Counted from the stretch's first letter, positions 16,247 through 26,156 are shown. The stretch: 32,000 nt of DNA from Candidatus Bathyarchaeia archaeon (GCA_041479575.1 JBGOYH010000001.1:16-32015); one strand, 5' to 3'. A program made the numbers and translations. Notes: generated by a model from the letters alone, not told the origin.

Positions 16247-16888
16247 TCACACTCTTCTCTTGTAAGGGTCAATCCTTCCGCAGTTGATCTTTTGGCTGAC
16301 TTGTTTGCCTGATTCATAGGCCTTTTCATTGATGTCAAGCAGTCTTTCTGGTATTCTATGTCTTAACTCTTCCTTCAGCAATTTGTCAGGAAATGGAAGA
16401 GTGTTGGAAGAAGCCAGTGCTCCGAGCATAACAATGTTCATCGTAATGGGATCGCCGGCTTTGCTTGCTAGTTCCACAGCGTCAAAAGCAATCACTCTGC
16501 TGGCGATCATCTCAACGGGTTTTATGAGACTATCCAGTGAAGGGTATTCTACAAGCCCAGTTACCACTTCAATCGGATAGACAGGGACAGTGTTTATTAT
16601 GGCTAAACCACCTTTTTTCAAGTAGTTGAGCCTTCTTCTGGTTTCAGCTGGTTCGAGGCCGAGCAGAACATCGGCTTCGCCTTGACATATTAAAGGCGAC
16701 TTCAGTCGATTTCCTATTTTCACATGGCTCATGACTGGTCCTCCTCTCTGAGCGGCCCCATATGTTTCCCCCACTCTAACGTCGAGCCCTGCTCTAATCG
16801 CGGCAGATGCAATTATCTGAGACATTAAGATATTGCCTTGACCGCCGACCCCGGAAATGAGTATGTTGCACGTTTTAGGCAATCTCAT
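16247..16888 (-). CDS. iorB: Indolepyruvate:ferredoxin oxidoreductase subunit beta
   Basis: The protein begins MRLPKTCNILISGVGGQGNILMSQIIASAAIRAGLDVRVGETYGAAQRGGPVMSHVKIG. The ATG at 16888 overlaps the iorA stop as ATGA. The longer ORF to 16945 would overlap iorA by 60 nt. Confidence 0.85.
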   Translation of the reverse strand: MRLPKTCNILISGVGGQGNILMSQIIASAAIRAGLDVRVGETYGAAQRGGPVMSHVKIGNRLKSPLICQGEADVLLGLEPAETRRRLNYLKKGGLAIINTVPVYPIEVVTGLVEYPSLDSLIKPVEMIASRVIAFDAVELASKAGDPITMNIVMLGALASSNTLPFPDKLLKEELRHRIPERLLDINEKAYESGKQVSQKINCGRIDPYKRRV

Positions 16889-18792
16889 TGTGACTTCCCC
16901 TTGACAATGGCTTTCGCTGGACAAATCTGAGCACATACACTGCAACCCGTGCAGAGATGTGATACTATTTCGGCCTTTTTCCCCTTTTCATTCCATCCAA
17001 TAGCAGGGCAACCGAACTGACGACTGCATAGTCCACATCCCCCGCATCTTTCTTGATCGACGTGATAGGTCGCCGGTCTTTTCCCTTCTCTTCTCATTCT
17101 TCTCAAAGCTTCATTGGCGCACATCCGTCGCGAAATTACAACGGCTGTACCATCAAATTGGAGCATCTCTCTGAGAACTTCAAAGGTTTCCTCATAGTTG
17201 TATGGATCAACAACTTTCACGAAATCCACTGCGCATGCCTTCACTATTTCTTCGATGTCGATTGCCTTGGTTTTCTCACCTGTCGCATTTACTCCTGTAC
17301 CAGCGTGGGGCTGAAAACCTGTCATGGCGGTGACTTTGTTGTCAAGAATCACAAATTTCGCCTTCGCTTTGTTATGGACAGCGTTGATTAAACCAGGTAT
17401 TCCAGCATGTAGGAAAGTAGAATCGCCCACGATGCCTATGTGGATCTGATCTGTGCCAGCATGGTACCTTCCTTGGGGTACTGAAACACTAGCGCCCATG
17501 CAAAAGCTCATATCGTTAAGTAGGAATGGGGGACCCATCAAAAGAAGGTAACAACCAATGTCGTTATCCACTACCGTCTCTGATCCGCGAGCTACCTTAG
17601 TTATCGCCTGTTTCAGAGCGTAACCAGTAGCCCTGTGTGAGCATCCAGCGCACATAGTGAGCATTCGTTGAAACAGGTTTATCTTGGGCGTTGGTTTATA
17701 TGGTTCCACGATTCCAAGAATACGTGCAAGGGCGTTGGCAACCACCTCTGTGCTAAGCTCACCCTCACGTGGAACATGTCCTGATATTTTGCCGTAAATC
17801 TTCAAGCTAGGGTTGACTTCTTGAGCCAATGCCCTGACCTGAATCTCAACAAACGGTTCCAGTTCCTCTATTACGACAAGCTTCTCAACCGCCCCCAAAA
17901 AAGCAGATACCCTTCTTTCAGGCAACGGATAAGGAGTTGCCAATTTCAGGAGAGCAACCTTACAGTCTAACCCCAACTTTTCTACACCTTCAGCCGCGTA
18001 GTTATAAGCCATGCCTGATGCTATGATTCCGAACTCATTAGCCTCACCGAATTCAAGCTTATTTCCATCAAACTTTTCAAATTCCTCCTTCGTCATCTGT
18101 TCTTTCCTGTGCAGATTCTTATCTATCACAGGATTCCAAAAAGGCGAGGGCAACGCTCCTTTCTGCATTAATCTGCTGAGGCTGAACTTTTCCAAGTCAA
18201 ACCTTGCAATTCTCTTTTCTTCACTTATTTTTCCCAGCACCGTATTCCCGCGCATATGGCTCAATCTGGTTACGGTTCTAATCATCATAGGCAGACTTGC
18301 CTTTTCTGAGAGACTCAAAGCGAATTTTACGAAGTCTTTGGCCTCCTGAGGAGTCGAAGGTTCAATAATTGGAATACATCCTGCTCGGGCAATCCAGCGA
18401 GTGTCATGTTCGGTCTGGGAACTGTGCATGTTTGGATCATCTGAAGACACTATGACTGTTCCTCCAGAAATGTCCCTAAGACCTATGTGGGTCAGCATGT
18501 CGCACGTTGTGCTAAGACCATTATGTTTCATTGCGCATAACGATCTGACCCCACATTGGGCAGCTCCAAAAGCCACTTGAAGAGCGATATTTTCGTTTAC
18601 AGACCACTCCACGTGCATTCCAAACCTTGGACCCGCACTAGCCAGTGTCTGGATAATTTCAGTTGCGGGCGTCCCTGGATAACCAGCTGCAACCTTTACT
18701 CCCGCCTCAATAGCTCCCCTGGCTATGGCCTCATTTCCAAGCAACAACACAGTTCTTCCGGGAGAATTAAGAACTATTTCTTCTACGGACAT
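16885..18792 (-). CDS. iorA: Indolepyruvate:ferredoxin oxidoreductase subunit alpha
   Basis: The 635 aa protein has N-terminal LLGNEAIARGAIEAGVKVAAGYPGTPATEI, a TPP-binding region GDSTFLHAGIPGLINA, and two C-terminal CxxCxxCxxxCP ferredoxin motifs. Confidence 0.9.
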   Translation of the reverse strand: MSVEEIVLNSPGRTVLLLGNEAIARGAIEAGVKVAAGYPGTPATEIIQTLASAGPRFGMHVEWSVNENIALQVAFGAAQCGVRSLCAMKHNGLSTTCDMLTHIGLRDISGGTVIVSSDDPNMHSSQTEHDTRWIARAGCIPIIEPSTPQEAKDFVKFALSLSEKASLPMMIRTVTRLSHMRGNTVLGKISEEKRIARFDLEKFSLSRLMQKGALPSPFWNPVIDKNLHRKEQMTKEEFEKFDGNKLEFGEANEFGIIASGMAYNYAAEGVEKLGLDCKVALLKLATPYPLPERRVSAFLGAVEKLVVIEELEPFVEIQVRALAQEVNPSLKIYGKISGHVPREGELSTEVVANALARILGIVEPYKPTPKINLFQRMLTMCAGCSHRATGYALKQAITKVARGSETVVDNDIGCYLLLMGPPFLLNDMSFCMGASVSVPQGRYHAGTDQIHIGIVGDSTFLHAGIPGLINAVHNKAKAKFVILDNKVTAMTGFQPHAGTGVNATGEKTKAIDIEEIVKACAVDFVKVVDPYNYEETFEVLREMLQFDGTAVVISRRMCANEALRRMRREGKRPATYHVDQERCGGCGLCSRQFGCPAIGWNEKGKKAEIVSHLCTGCSVCAQICPAKAIVKGKSQ

Positions 18793-19031
18793 ATTAGAAC
18801 ACTACCACCTTCTAACATTCTGCAATCGCGCAGGTTATGGATTTTCTTCAGAGTAGTTTCATCTTGCACTTGCAACTGATAAACTTTCCCTGCAAATCAC
18901 CCATTTCAGCCCTTATGTATTCTTTTAAGATGGTACGATCCAGGCTGTTGTTGCTGACAAAATTCTTGCCAGATACATTTAGAACTGAAAATACGACAAG
19001 TTCCAAAAGAAGCTTCGCTTTTCCCGTGTTC

Positions 19032-20204
19032 TCAATCGGATGAACGTCTCTCCCTAAGCAAGAAAGCGACGGGCACCATTGCCTCTACGACAAAGATGAG
19101 GATGTCTATCCCCACAAGAAATGAACCTGTAGAGTCCCTAAGATACCCTATTAAAGCAGGTGCTACAAAGCCGCCCATTTCCCCTAACGTGTAGAGCATA
19201 CCAACAGCACCTCCCATATAGGCAGGACCAACCTCTGGCAATTCCATAAGATAAACCAATACTATGGAAAAGACACCTCCGCACATGAAACCATTGATAA
19301 CCAAACTTATCAACGAAAATGGACTGCTATCAAATCGTGTCGGTAACAGGCTTATTCCTCCTAACAAAAGCATAGGAACTAGTAGACGTTTTCTTGATGT
19401 TACGTGATACGATAGTCTTGACATAACAAGACTTGCTGGGATACTTGTAATCGCATAAATCGATGCAATCCATCCAGAAACCGCTGGTGTCATGCCCCTC
19501 GACTCCAAAATTGTTGGGAGCCAGTTTCTCAGACCGTTGATCAAGAAAAATCCTGAAAAACCAATTATGATAGTCAACCATACATCCCTATTTTTAAGAA
19601 GGGCTGACATAGTCTTGAAGGTGGATGGTCTTTGACTCTTTTTTCGTTCACTTAAGCAAGCAGGCTCCCTCCCGGCCAAAACCCAAATCATTAAGACTAT
19701 GACTCCAAATAAGGCATACACGTACAAAGCCTTACGCCATGTTCCCGCTAATGGGAGAAGAATGCTGTTGGCTACGGCCAAGGAAACTGCAGATCCTGCT
19801 GTAATACCAGTTACATAGATGCCTACCGCAGTGCCCCTCTCCTTACCAGAGAAACATGCAGCTACAAGTTTTGGCAAACCTATTGAGATCAACGGCCCAC
19901 CAACGCCAAAAATAGCAACAGCCACCAACATCGTCTCAAAGCTAGTTGCAGCTCCTCTTAACGCCACAGAAATTGAGATAAGAGTTATCCCAAGAGTCAA
20001 AGAGTCTTTTACTCGCACACGATCCATCAGAATACCAGCGGAAAACGCCACTGCTACATAGGCTAACTGCCAAGCGCCTAAAACGGCGCCTGTTTGAGAG
20101 TAGTTGAGGCTCAAATCTTTAATTATTGAAGTCAAAAATGGCGGAATCGACACCATGATCATGCCTAAACAGAAGTAAATCAGCCATGCTAAGAACAAGA
20201 TCAC
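19032..20204 (-). CDS. MFS transporter (paralog of the partial gene at 1..497)
   Basis: The 390 aa protein has about 12 TM helices. Its N-terminal region WVILFLAWLIYFCLGMIMVSIPPFLTSIIKDLSLNYSQTG aligns with the partial MFS at the window start. The start is GTG and I saw no clear SD. Confidence 0.8.
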   Translation of the reverse strand: MILFLAWLIYFCLGMIMVSIPPFLTSIIKDLSLNYSQTGAVLGAWQLAYVAVAFSAGILMDRVRVKDSLTLGITLISISVALRGAATSFETMLVAVAIFGVGGPLISIGLPKLVAACFSGKERGTAVGIYVTGITAGSAVSLAVANSILLPLAGTWRKALYVYALFGVIVLMIWVLAGREPACLSERKKSQRPSTFKTMSALLKNRDVWLTIIIGFSGFFLINGLRNWLPTILESRGMTPAVSGWIASIYAITSIPASLVMSRLSYHVTSRKRLLVPMLLLGGISLLPTRFDSSPFSLISLVINGFMCGGVFSIVLVYLMELPEVGPAYMGGAVGMLYTLGEMGGFVAPALIGYLRDSTGSFLVGIDILIFVVEAMVPVAFLLRERRSSD

Positions 20205-20669
20205 CCATCTGTATCTGGTATTATCTCTTGAGAATAGTAGTGAGGCACTTGAAATAAGACTTCACCTTTCGTAACCGTCCATGTACTGAAACACTTGAGA
20301 CGCCATCCCTTTAAGGTATTTCTCCTTTTTGTTCTGTGTAAACCTCAATTTCCAGCTCACCATCACTATTGCCGCCAGAAATAGGCTCCCTGAAAGCCAA
20401 TGCCAGGCGGCATCCGAGTTCCCAACTCTTTCTATTCACTTGATTTAAGTTCACGAACCGTCTTTTCTAAGTATCGGACAATTAGTTTCTGATTCCGATG
20501 AATCATAGGAAAATCTGCTCGCCAGAGGAATTCTTTTCTCCAGATTCTTTCCAAAAGTTGAGGCCTTGACCGCTCTTCATCTTCCTTCAATCGCCCTGAA
20601 AAAAATGACAGAAAAACATATTAATGCTTCAAACATATAACCCGTGCATTCGAAATAGAGGTGAACCAT

Positions 20670-21401
20670 GTGAAGATCTTAGATGCGCACAATCATATTG
20701 GTTATAGTGTTGCCTACGGAGAGCTGTCTGCTGAAGACCTGATAAAACAGATGGATGCAGCGAAAATAGACATGGCTGTGGTGTTTTCTATAAATGTAGC
20801 AGGCAAGGTTGACAATGATTACGTAGCGAAATCAGTAAAAAAATATCCTAACAGGCTTATTGGCTTTGCATTGGTTGATCCGCAATGGGGTGACGACGCC
20901 GTGAATGAACTGAAAAGATGCGTGACGAAGCTTGGAATGAAAGGGCTGAAACTACATCCAGACATCACTGGCTATGCTATAGACAACCACGCACTTACTG
21001 ATCCGATTTTCGAAATATGTACCAAATACAAGTTGCCCATCGTATCGCATGCGGGGGGAGATAACCCAAGAACAATGCCGCTTCAATTTGAAGAAATGGC
21101 GAAAACCTTCCCTGACGTGAAAATAATGATGGCTCATATGGGCGTCTGGCAATCATTCGAGCCAGCTCGAAGGGTCGCGAAGAGAAATGACAACCTCTTC
21201 TTGGATACTGCTGGAAACCCATTTGTCCTTTCAATCAAAGATGCCGTGGAACAGGTAGGTGCCGACAAGGTGGTGATGGGAACTGACACGCCATCAGGAG
21301 ATTTTCAGGTGAGTCTAAAGATCATCGAAAGAGCAGTCGCGAAGGCTCAAGACAGAGAGCTCGTCATGGGAGGAACCCTCAAGAGAATCCTTGGAATATA
21401 G
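20670..21401 (+). CDS. Amidohydrolase-family metal-dependent hydrolase (TIM barrel)
   Basis: The N-terminal KILDAHNHIG carries the HxH metal motif, and the translation later has ...HAGGD...MAHMG...GTDTP. The GTG at 20670 has GAGGTG 7 nt upstream; the maximal ORF starts at the GTG at 20661. Confidence 0.7.
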   Translation: MKILDAHNHIGYSVAYGELSAEDLIKQMDAAKIDMAVVFSINVAGKVDNDYVAKSVKKYPNRLIGFALVDPQWGDDAVNELKRCVTKLGMKGLKLHPDITGYAIDNHALTDPIFEICTKYKLPIVSHAGGDNPRTMPLQFEEMAKTFPDVKIMMAHMGVWQSFEPARRVAKRNDNLFLDTAGNPFVLSIKDAVEQVGADKVVMGTDTPSGDFQVSLKIIERAVAKAQDRELVMGGTLKRILGI

Positions 21402-21654
21402 GATAGTATGCACACGTGGGCAACGTGAGATTCGAATCCACCAGTCAGCTATGTACGGGTTTCTTTGATAGTGAGCGTTCTGTACATTGTTGACTTTAGG
21501 ATCCAGTATGGATGATGATGAATTGGCCAGACCAACATTACCATGAAGATTTAATATCCTCACGACTGAAAGAAAAAGGATATCGAAGTAGAGCATTAGT
21601 CGAGTGATTGGATAAAGCAAATGTTTCGTCTGATCAGAAAATAGAATCACCGAT

Positions 21655-22497
21655 TTAGTTTTTGATTGATCCCTTGAGCTTTTCGTACTCGCCTTTTTTC
21701 ATGTGAAAAGTCTGTTCCTTCGTCGGGAATTCCCCGTCTTTAACTTCATGTCGGAAATTCATGAATGCATCAAGGATGACTGAGTGTAGATTGGCATAAG
21801 GCTTTGCATGTCTAGGTATTTGTTCAAATATTCCTAGCAAGTCGGCTGTAACTAATGCTTGCCCGTCACAATATGGACCTGCCCCGACTCCTATTATGGG
21901 TACTGAGGCGCCTTCTGTGATTATTTTCGCCACTTCGCTGGCAACGTACTCTAGAAGAATGACAACCGCGCCCGCTTTTTCCAAAGCTTTTGCATCCTCC
22001 ATAAGAGCCTTTGCTGATTCGGCAGTGGCCCCTTGCAACGAGAGTCCGCCAATTTTGATCGATGTCTGTGGTTTCAACCCAATATGTCCATGAACTGGGA
22101 TGCCTGCCTGAGTTATCGCTTGCACGTGCCTTGAAAATTCTTTGCCCCCTTCCAGTTTGACCCCGTCAACGCCTCCCTCCTTTATAAAGCGCCCAGCGTT
22201 CTTAACAGCTTCTTCGGTGCTAACATTATAGGACATGAACGGCATGTCTCCCCAAACGAAAGGATTTTTGGCTCCTTTTGTCACGGCACGGCAATGATGA
22301 AGCATCTCATCCATTGTTACCGGCACGGTACTTTCATAGCCTAACGCTATCATTCCTAGCGAATCCCCTACATTGATCATGTCTATGCCTGCTTTGTCAA
22401 ATAGTAGAGCAGTAGGGTAATCATACGCAGTCGCATGCGTGATAATCTCCCGTCTTTTTTTCATCTCCATAAATTCGTTCACGGTTTTCTTTGGCAT
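21655..22497 (-). CDS. panB: 3-methyl-2-oxobutanoate hydroxymethyltransferase
   Basis: The 280 aa protein has ITHATAYDYPTALLFDKAGIDMINVGDSLGMIALGYESTVPVTMDEMLHH and ...GVDGVKLEGG, the typical PanB pattern. Confidence 0.9.
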   Translation of the reverse strand: MPKKTVNEFMEMKKRREIITHATAYDYPTALLFDKAGIDMINVGDSLGMIALGYESTVPVTMDEMLHHCRAVTKGAKNPFVWGDMPFMSYNVSTEEAVKNAGRFIKEGGVDGVKLEGGKEFSRHVQAITQAGIPVHGHIGLKPQTSIKIGGLSLQGATAESAKALMEDAKALEKAGAVVILLEYVASEVAKIITEGASVPIIGVGAGPYCDGQALVTADLLGIFEQIPRHAKPYANLHSVILDAFMNFRHEVKDGEFPTKEQTFHMKKGEYEKLKGSIKN

Positions 22498-22737
22498 GTC
22501 AAATCCCGCAATCCTTCTTAGAAATCAATAGAATATTAGATTTTCCGTCAAGAATACGTTGATTTCACAAGCACGCATCAAAAATTCATCTGCTGCCAAG
22601 ATTATGAGGGCGACCCCAAAGCCAACCTGCCGACTGCATAAACGTGTTCCGTAAATTTAATATAGAACCAGCTGAGTCTTGGGACCAACAACATAGGTCA
22701 AGAGCATTAAGATCCTGAGTTCAAGGAGAGGGGTCAA

Positions 22738-23916
22738 ATGGAGAAGGAAAACCTCATCTGGGCATCAGAAATACCAAAGAATGAATTTGAAGACAGACTC
22801 AAGAAAATCAAGACCTCCATGAAAAGAGACGACATTGATGCCATCCTTATATATTCATATCCTCGGCAGTTTCCAGCCTCTAGAGCAGGATTCATCCGTT
22901 ATGTGTCGAACTGGGATGGTGAAAATGTTTATGCTCCGTCACTTGCAGTAGTTCAGGCAGAACAAGAGCCAGTGTTGATGATAAGCAATCCTAACTTCCT
23001 TCACATAGTCAAGGACGTATCATGGATCCAAGATGTCAGATCGGGAAAAGAACCCGACTTTCCAGAAGAAATCAGCAAAATTCTGCCTAGCGATACAGGC
23101 AAAGTGGGCTTAGTTGGCCTCGAGGAAGTTCCTTACAGAAGCTACGAAGCTCTTCGCAGAGTTCTACCCAAAACACAATTCATAGACGCCACTAGTATCT
23201 TGGAAAACCTAAGGATGATCAAGAGCCCAAGGGAGATGGATGCTATTAGAAAAACGGTACGATTGGCAGACTTGTCATTAGAGGCCTTCGTCGATGCAGC
23301 AAAGGAAGATGTATGGGAATACGAAGCTACCGCAAAGCTAGAGTATGCAGTGAAGTCAAGAGGTGCCCAAGACTGTCGAGTGTCCATAGCATCAGGACCA
23401 GTTGCGGGCTTGCAGCCACCAAATCCGATGGCTAGAAAGTTCAGGAAACGAGACTCCATTGTTGTTACCCCAATACCCTGCTACAAAGGCTACTGGTGCC
23501 AGACTGTAAGAACAGGGACGATAGGCAGACCATCCAAGGAGCAACAAGATATCTTCGACATTATCACCGAAGCCCAGAACACAGCGGTCAAATCCATAAA
23601 GCAAGGAACACATTTCTCAGACGCTTACAAGGCTGCGGCCGACATTATTGAAAAATCAAAATATGTAAAATATAAACACGTTCATTTCAGGTTTGGCCAT
23701 GGCATCGGACTGGATTATACAGAGAGGCCAGTGATCTTTTTCGATTCTCCACAAGACCTTGCGATGGAAGTGAAAGTCGGAATGACAATAGTCATACATG
23801 TGAACTTGCACATACCAGAACTACGTATCGGAGCGTCCGTTGGCGACACAGTCTTAGTAACTGACAGAGGCGTGGAACTCCCATCAAAATTCGAACGTGG
23901 ACTGTTCATCGCATAA
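22738..23916 (+). CDS. M24-fold (creatinase/prolidase-like) protein with non-canonical active site
   Basis: The protein has a creatinase/prolidase N-domain followed by the pita-bread domain (SPREMDAIRKTVRLADLS...FGHGIGLDYTERP...GMTIVIHV...VGDTVLVT). GGAGAGGGG lies just upstream of the ATG. Four of the five canonical metal ligands are substituted (see findings). Confidence 0.8.
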   Translation: MEKENLIWASEIPKNEFEDRLKKIKTSMKRDDIDAILIYSYPRQFPASRAGFIRYVSNWDGENVYAPSLAVVQAEQEPVLMISNPNFLHIVKDVSWIQDVRSGKEPDFPEEISKILPSDTGKVGLVGLEEVPYRSYEALRRVLPKTQFIDATSILENLRMIKSPREMDAIRKTVRLADLSLEAFVDAAKEDVWEYEATAKLEYAVKSRGAQDCRVSIASGPVAGLQPPNPMARKFRKRDSIVVTPIPCYKGYWCQTVRTGTIGRPSKEQQDIFDIITEAQNTAVKSIKQGTHFSDAYKAAADIIEKSKYVKYKHVHFRFGHGIGLDYTERPVIFFDSPQDLAMEVKVGMTIVIHVNLHIPELRIGASVGDTVLVTDRGVELPSKFERGLFIA

Positions 23917-24171
23917 GCGCTATGCTCTCGTGGCCATTTACCGAATAAGCCTTTGACTATGCACAATTCTTGCGTTGCCATCGTTTCTTCAAGAGCCTGC
24001 TTTGCTGTCGTCACATTGTCACCTGCAGAATGCAGACACAGAATTGGGAAGCATGTCACACAAAGTCTGTAGATTCTTCAACTATTAATTCGACGGAAAT
24101 GTTAATGAAGGAATTTCGGTTGAATCTCCCACGAGTTAACCAGTGCTTTGCTGGCAGAAGGATGGTTTGAA

Positions 24172-25161
24172 TTGGAGTATGTAAGGTTAGGGTGGTCCGG
24201 ATTAAAGATTTCTCCTATAGCAATCGGCGGCGGGTCCTTTGGAAACGATGAACCGTGGAGGATCGAACTAGATGATGCCAGAAAGGTTGTGGAAAAAGCA
24301 CTTGATCTGGGAATCAACTACTTCGATACGTCTAACACATATTCTGCTGGAAGATCTGAGGAAATCATAGGAGAACTGCTGAAGGACGTAAGAGAAGATG
24401 TAGTAATCGCCACGAAAGTTCGCCAGCCTGTTGGCAACAAGCCGAACCAACAAGGCCTGTCCCGAAAGCATGTGATGCATGAAGTTAAGAAATCACTTAG
24501 AAGATTAAGAACAGATTACATTGACCTTTATCAGACACACAGATGGGATCTTGAGGCATCGTGCAAAGAGGCATTATCCACTCTTAATGATCTTGTGAAA
24601 GGAGGTCTAGTCAGATATTTGGGAGCCTGCAGCATGATGGCATGGCAATTTGCAAAAGCATTGTACATAAGCGAAATGAACGGGTACGAGAAGTTTGTGA
24701 ACATGCAAAACAAGTACAATTTATTGTACAGAGAAGAAGAAAGAGAAATGATACCTCTATGCAGGGATCAGAACACAGGAATCACTCCTTATGATCCCAC
24801 AGCAGTTGGAGTTCTCTCGGGAATGTACCTAAGAGGAGGAAAGCTAGCAGTGGGTGAATCAGGCATTAAAAGGCTACAGCCAGATGACAAAATTGCGCAT
24901 ATCTATTATGAACCATACATAAAACCCCCGCAGAACGCAGAGATCGTAAAAAGGGTTGTGGAAACAGCTCAAAACAAAGGAGTACGACCAACACAAATAG
25001 CACTGGCATGGCTGTTCCACAAAGGAGTTACAGCACTAATTATTGGTACCACAAAACCAGAACACCTTCAAGAAGCAGTTGAGTCCAGGGGCATCAGACT
25101 CTCTGACAAGGAAATCCGCTACTTGGAAGAACCCTACAAGCCACTTCCAGTATATCTATAA
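24172..25161 (+). CDS. Aldo/keto reductase
   Basis: The translation has EYVRLGWSGLKISPIAIGGGSFG...INYFDTSNTYSAGRSEEIIG...IDLYQTHRWD, typical of AKRs. The TTG at 24172 gives the usual N-terminus and has GGATGG 6 nt upstream. The maximal ORF starts at the TTG at 24148. Confidence 0.85.
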   Translation: MEYVRLGWSGLKISPIAIGGGSFGNDEPWRIELDDARKVVEKALDLGINYFDTSNTYSAGRSEEIIGELLKDVREDVVIATKVRQPVGNKPNQQGLSRKHVMHEVKKSLRRLRTDYIDLYQTHRWDLEASCKEALSTLNDLVKGGLVRYLGACSMMAWQFAKALYISEMNGYEKFVNMQNKYNLLYREEEREMIPLCRDQNTGITPYDPTAVGVLSGMYLRGGKLAVGESGIKRLQPDDKIAHIYYEPYIKPPQNAEIVKRVVETAQNKGVRPTQIALAWLFHKGVTALIIGTTKPEHLQEAVESRGIRLSDKEIRYLEEPYKPLPVYL

Positions 25162-25315
25162 AATCTTCGATTGACTCATTCACATATTCAGTCTTGTAAG
25201 TCGTTTCTCTCGCTTCGCGCAATGACTTGCATGCGTACTGAGAATTAAAAAGAAATGGCTGTCGGAAAAAATCTGACTTTACCGGAGCGAAAACTATGTT
25301 TTCTGTTCGTTGATG

Positions 25316-26011
25316 TCAGGGCTTATCGGCCCACTCGAATTTTTTCCTGTAGTCTCCAGCCCATTCTCCAAGTATCAACTGCTTTATTGTCTTGCCTGCC
25401 AGGAACCACTCTTTTTCCTTGCTGTCAACCTTCACAAGTGCTTCAGCGAGTCTCAAAACCTCATCTGCATTCTCAATAGGAACAGAAACAACTCCACCGT
25501 CGCTGCCTACAATTATGTCTCCTGGCCTCACTACAACTCCTCCGCACACAACGGATACGTTAAATCGATCCTCTATTCCAGTGGGAAAGTTGATCAATGC
25601 TGGACAGATCGCTCTTGCAAAAACTGGGAATCTGAGTTCCTCAATTTCCTCCACATCTCTTGCTCCTCCATCTATGACAACTCCTTCCACTCCCTTTCTC
25701 TTCATGTTCCATGAGACAGCGCCGCCCCACACGTTGAATTCCTCGCTTCCTTTCTCATCGATCACAATAACATCTCCTGGCCCTGCTAGTTCCTGAGCTT
25801 CCATCCAACCTTCTGCGATAACCCCCGGAGCTGTTTCGACTGTGATTGCAGTCCCAGCTATCTTAACTCCACGAAACAGTGGTTTTATCTTTGGGTTCAT
25901 TGCTCCTCCTATCTTCAGCCCTAGAGCCGCCCAGCCTTCCCAAACATGTTCTATGATTATTTCTGGTCTCCTGAATCCTTCCAAAAGATTGTCAATTTCT
26001 TTCTTTTTCAT
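25316..26011 (-). CDS. RraA-like / HMG-aldolase-oxaloacetate decarboxylase family protein
   Basis: The 231 aa protein has ...GPGDVIVIDEKGSEEFNVWGGAVSWNMKRKGVEGVVIDGGARDVEEI...PGDIIVGSDGGVVSVP, the typical RraA/demethylmenaquinone-methyltransferase-like fold pattern. It has its own TATA-like box at 26044-26051. Confidence 0.8.
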   Translation of the reverse strand: MKKKEIDNLLEGFRRPEIIIEHVWEGWAALGLKIGGAMNPKIKPLFRGVKIAGTAITVETAPGVIAEGWMEAQELAGPGDVIVIDEKGSEEFNVWGGAVSWNMKRKGVEGVVIDGGARDVEEIEELRFPVFARAICPALINFPTGIEDRFNVSVVCGGVVVRPGDIIVGSDGGVVSVPIENADEVLRLAEALVKVDSKEKEWFLAGKTIKQLILGEWAGDYRKKFEWADKP

Positions 26012-26043
26012 TTATGTCCCGTGGTACCTTTTGAATTTGACGT

Positions 26044-26051
26044 GTTTATAA
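26044..26051 (-). promoter_or_regulatory. TATA-like box upstream of the RraA-like gene
   Basis: The minus strand reads TTATAAAC, 33-40 nt upstream of the ATG at 26011. Confidence 0.4.
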
Positions 26052-26156
26052 GGCTTTTTGGCAGTATTACTTCATTTCTCTTTGGCAAAGGCCGAACAGT
26101 CTTGAGAGGCATACCATGATCCTGTGATCCAAATGACATGGAAGCCCAAGGCCAAT

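Noticed and set aside
16889-16945. A longer iorB start that would add 19 residues (MQCMCSDLSSESHCQGEVT).
   Set aside because: It would overlap iorA by 60 nt. The ATG at 16888 forms the classic ATGA stop/start overlap and gives the normal IorB N-terminus.
21431-21439. A TTCGAATCC string resembling a tRNA T-loop downstream of the amidohydrolase gene.
   Set aside because: The flanking 5-mers (TGAGA and CCACC) cannot form a T-stem on either strand, and no acceptor or anticodon arms can be built. It is not a tRNA or an obvious tRNA fragment.
21512-21569. A possible archaeal C/D-box sRNA of 58 nt, with ATGATGA (C box), ATGAAGA (C'-like) and CTGA (D box).
   Set aside because: The D' position reads AACA rather than CTGA. 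The C'-to-D spacer is 16 nt instead of about 12, and no terminal stem is present. The GATGATGATGA run could give a C-box match by chance. A snoscan or covariance search could settle it.
21315-21650. A 111 aa minus-strand ORF in the convergent gap between the amidohydrolase gene and panB.
   Set aside because: About a quarter of it is antisense to the amidohydrolase 3' end. I saw no start-site signals, and the rest has a low-complexity translation.
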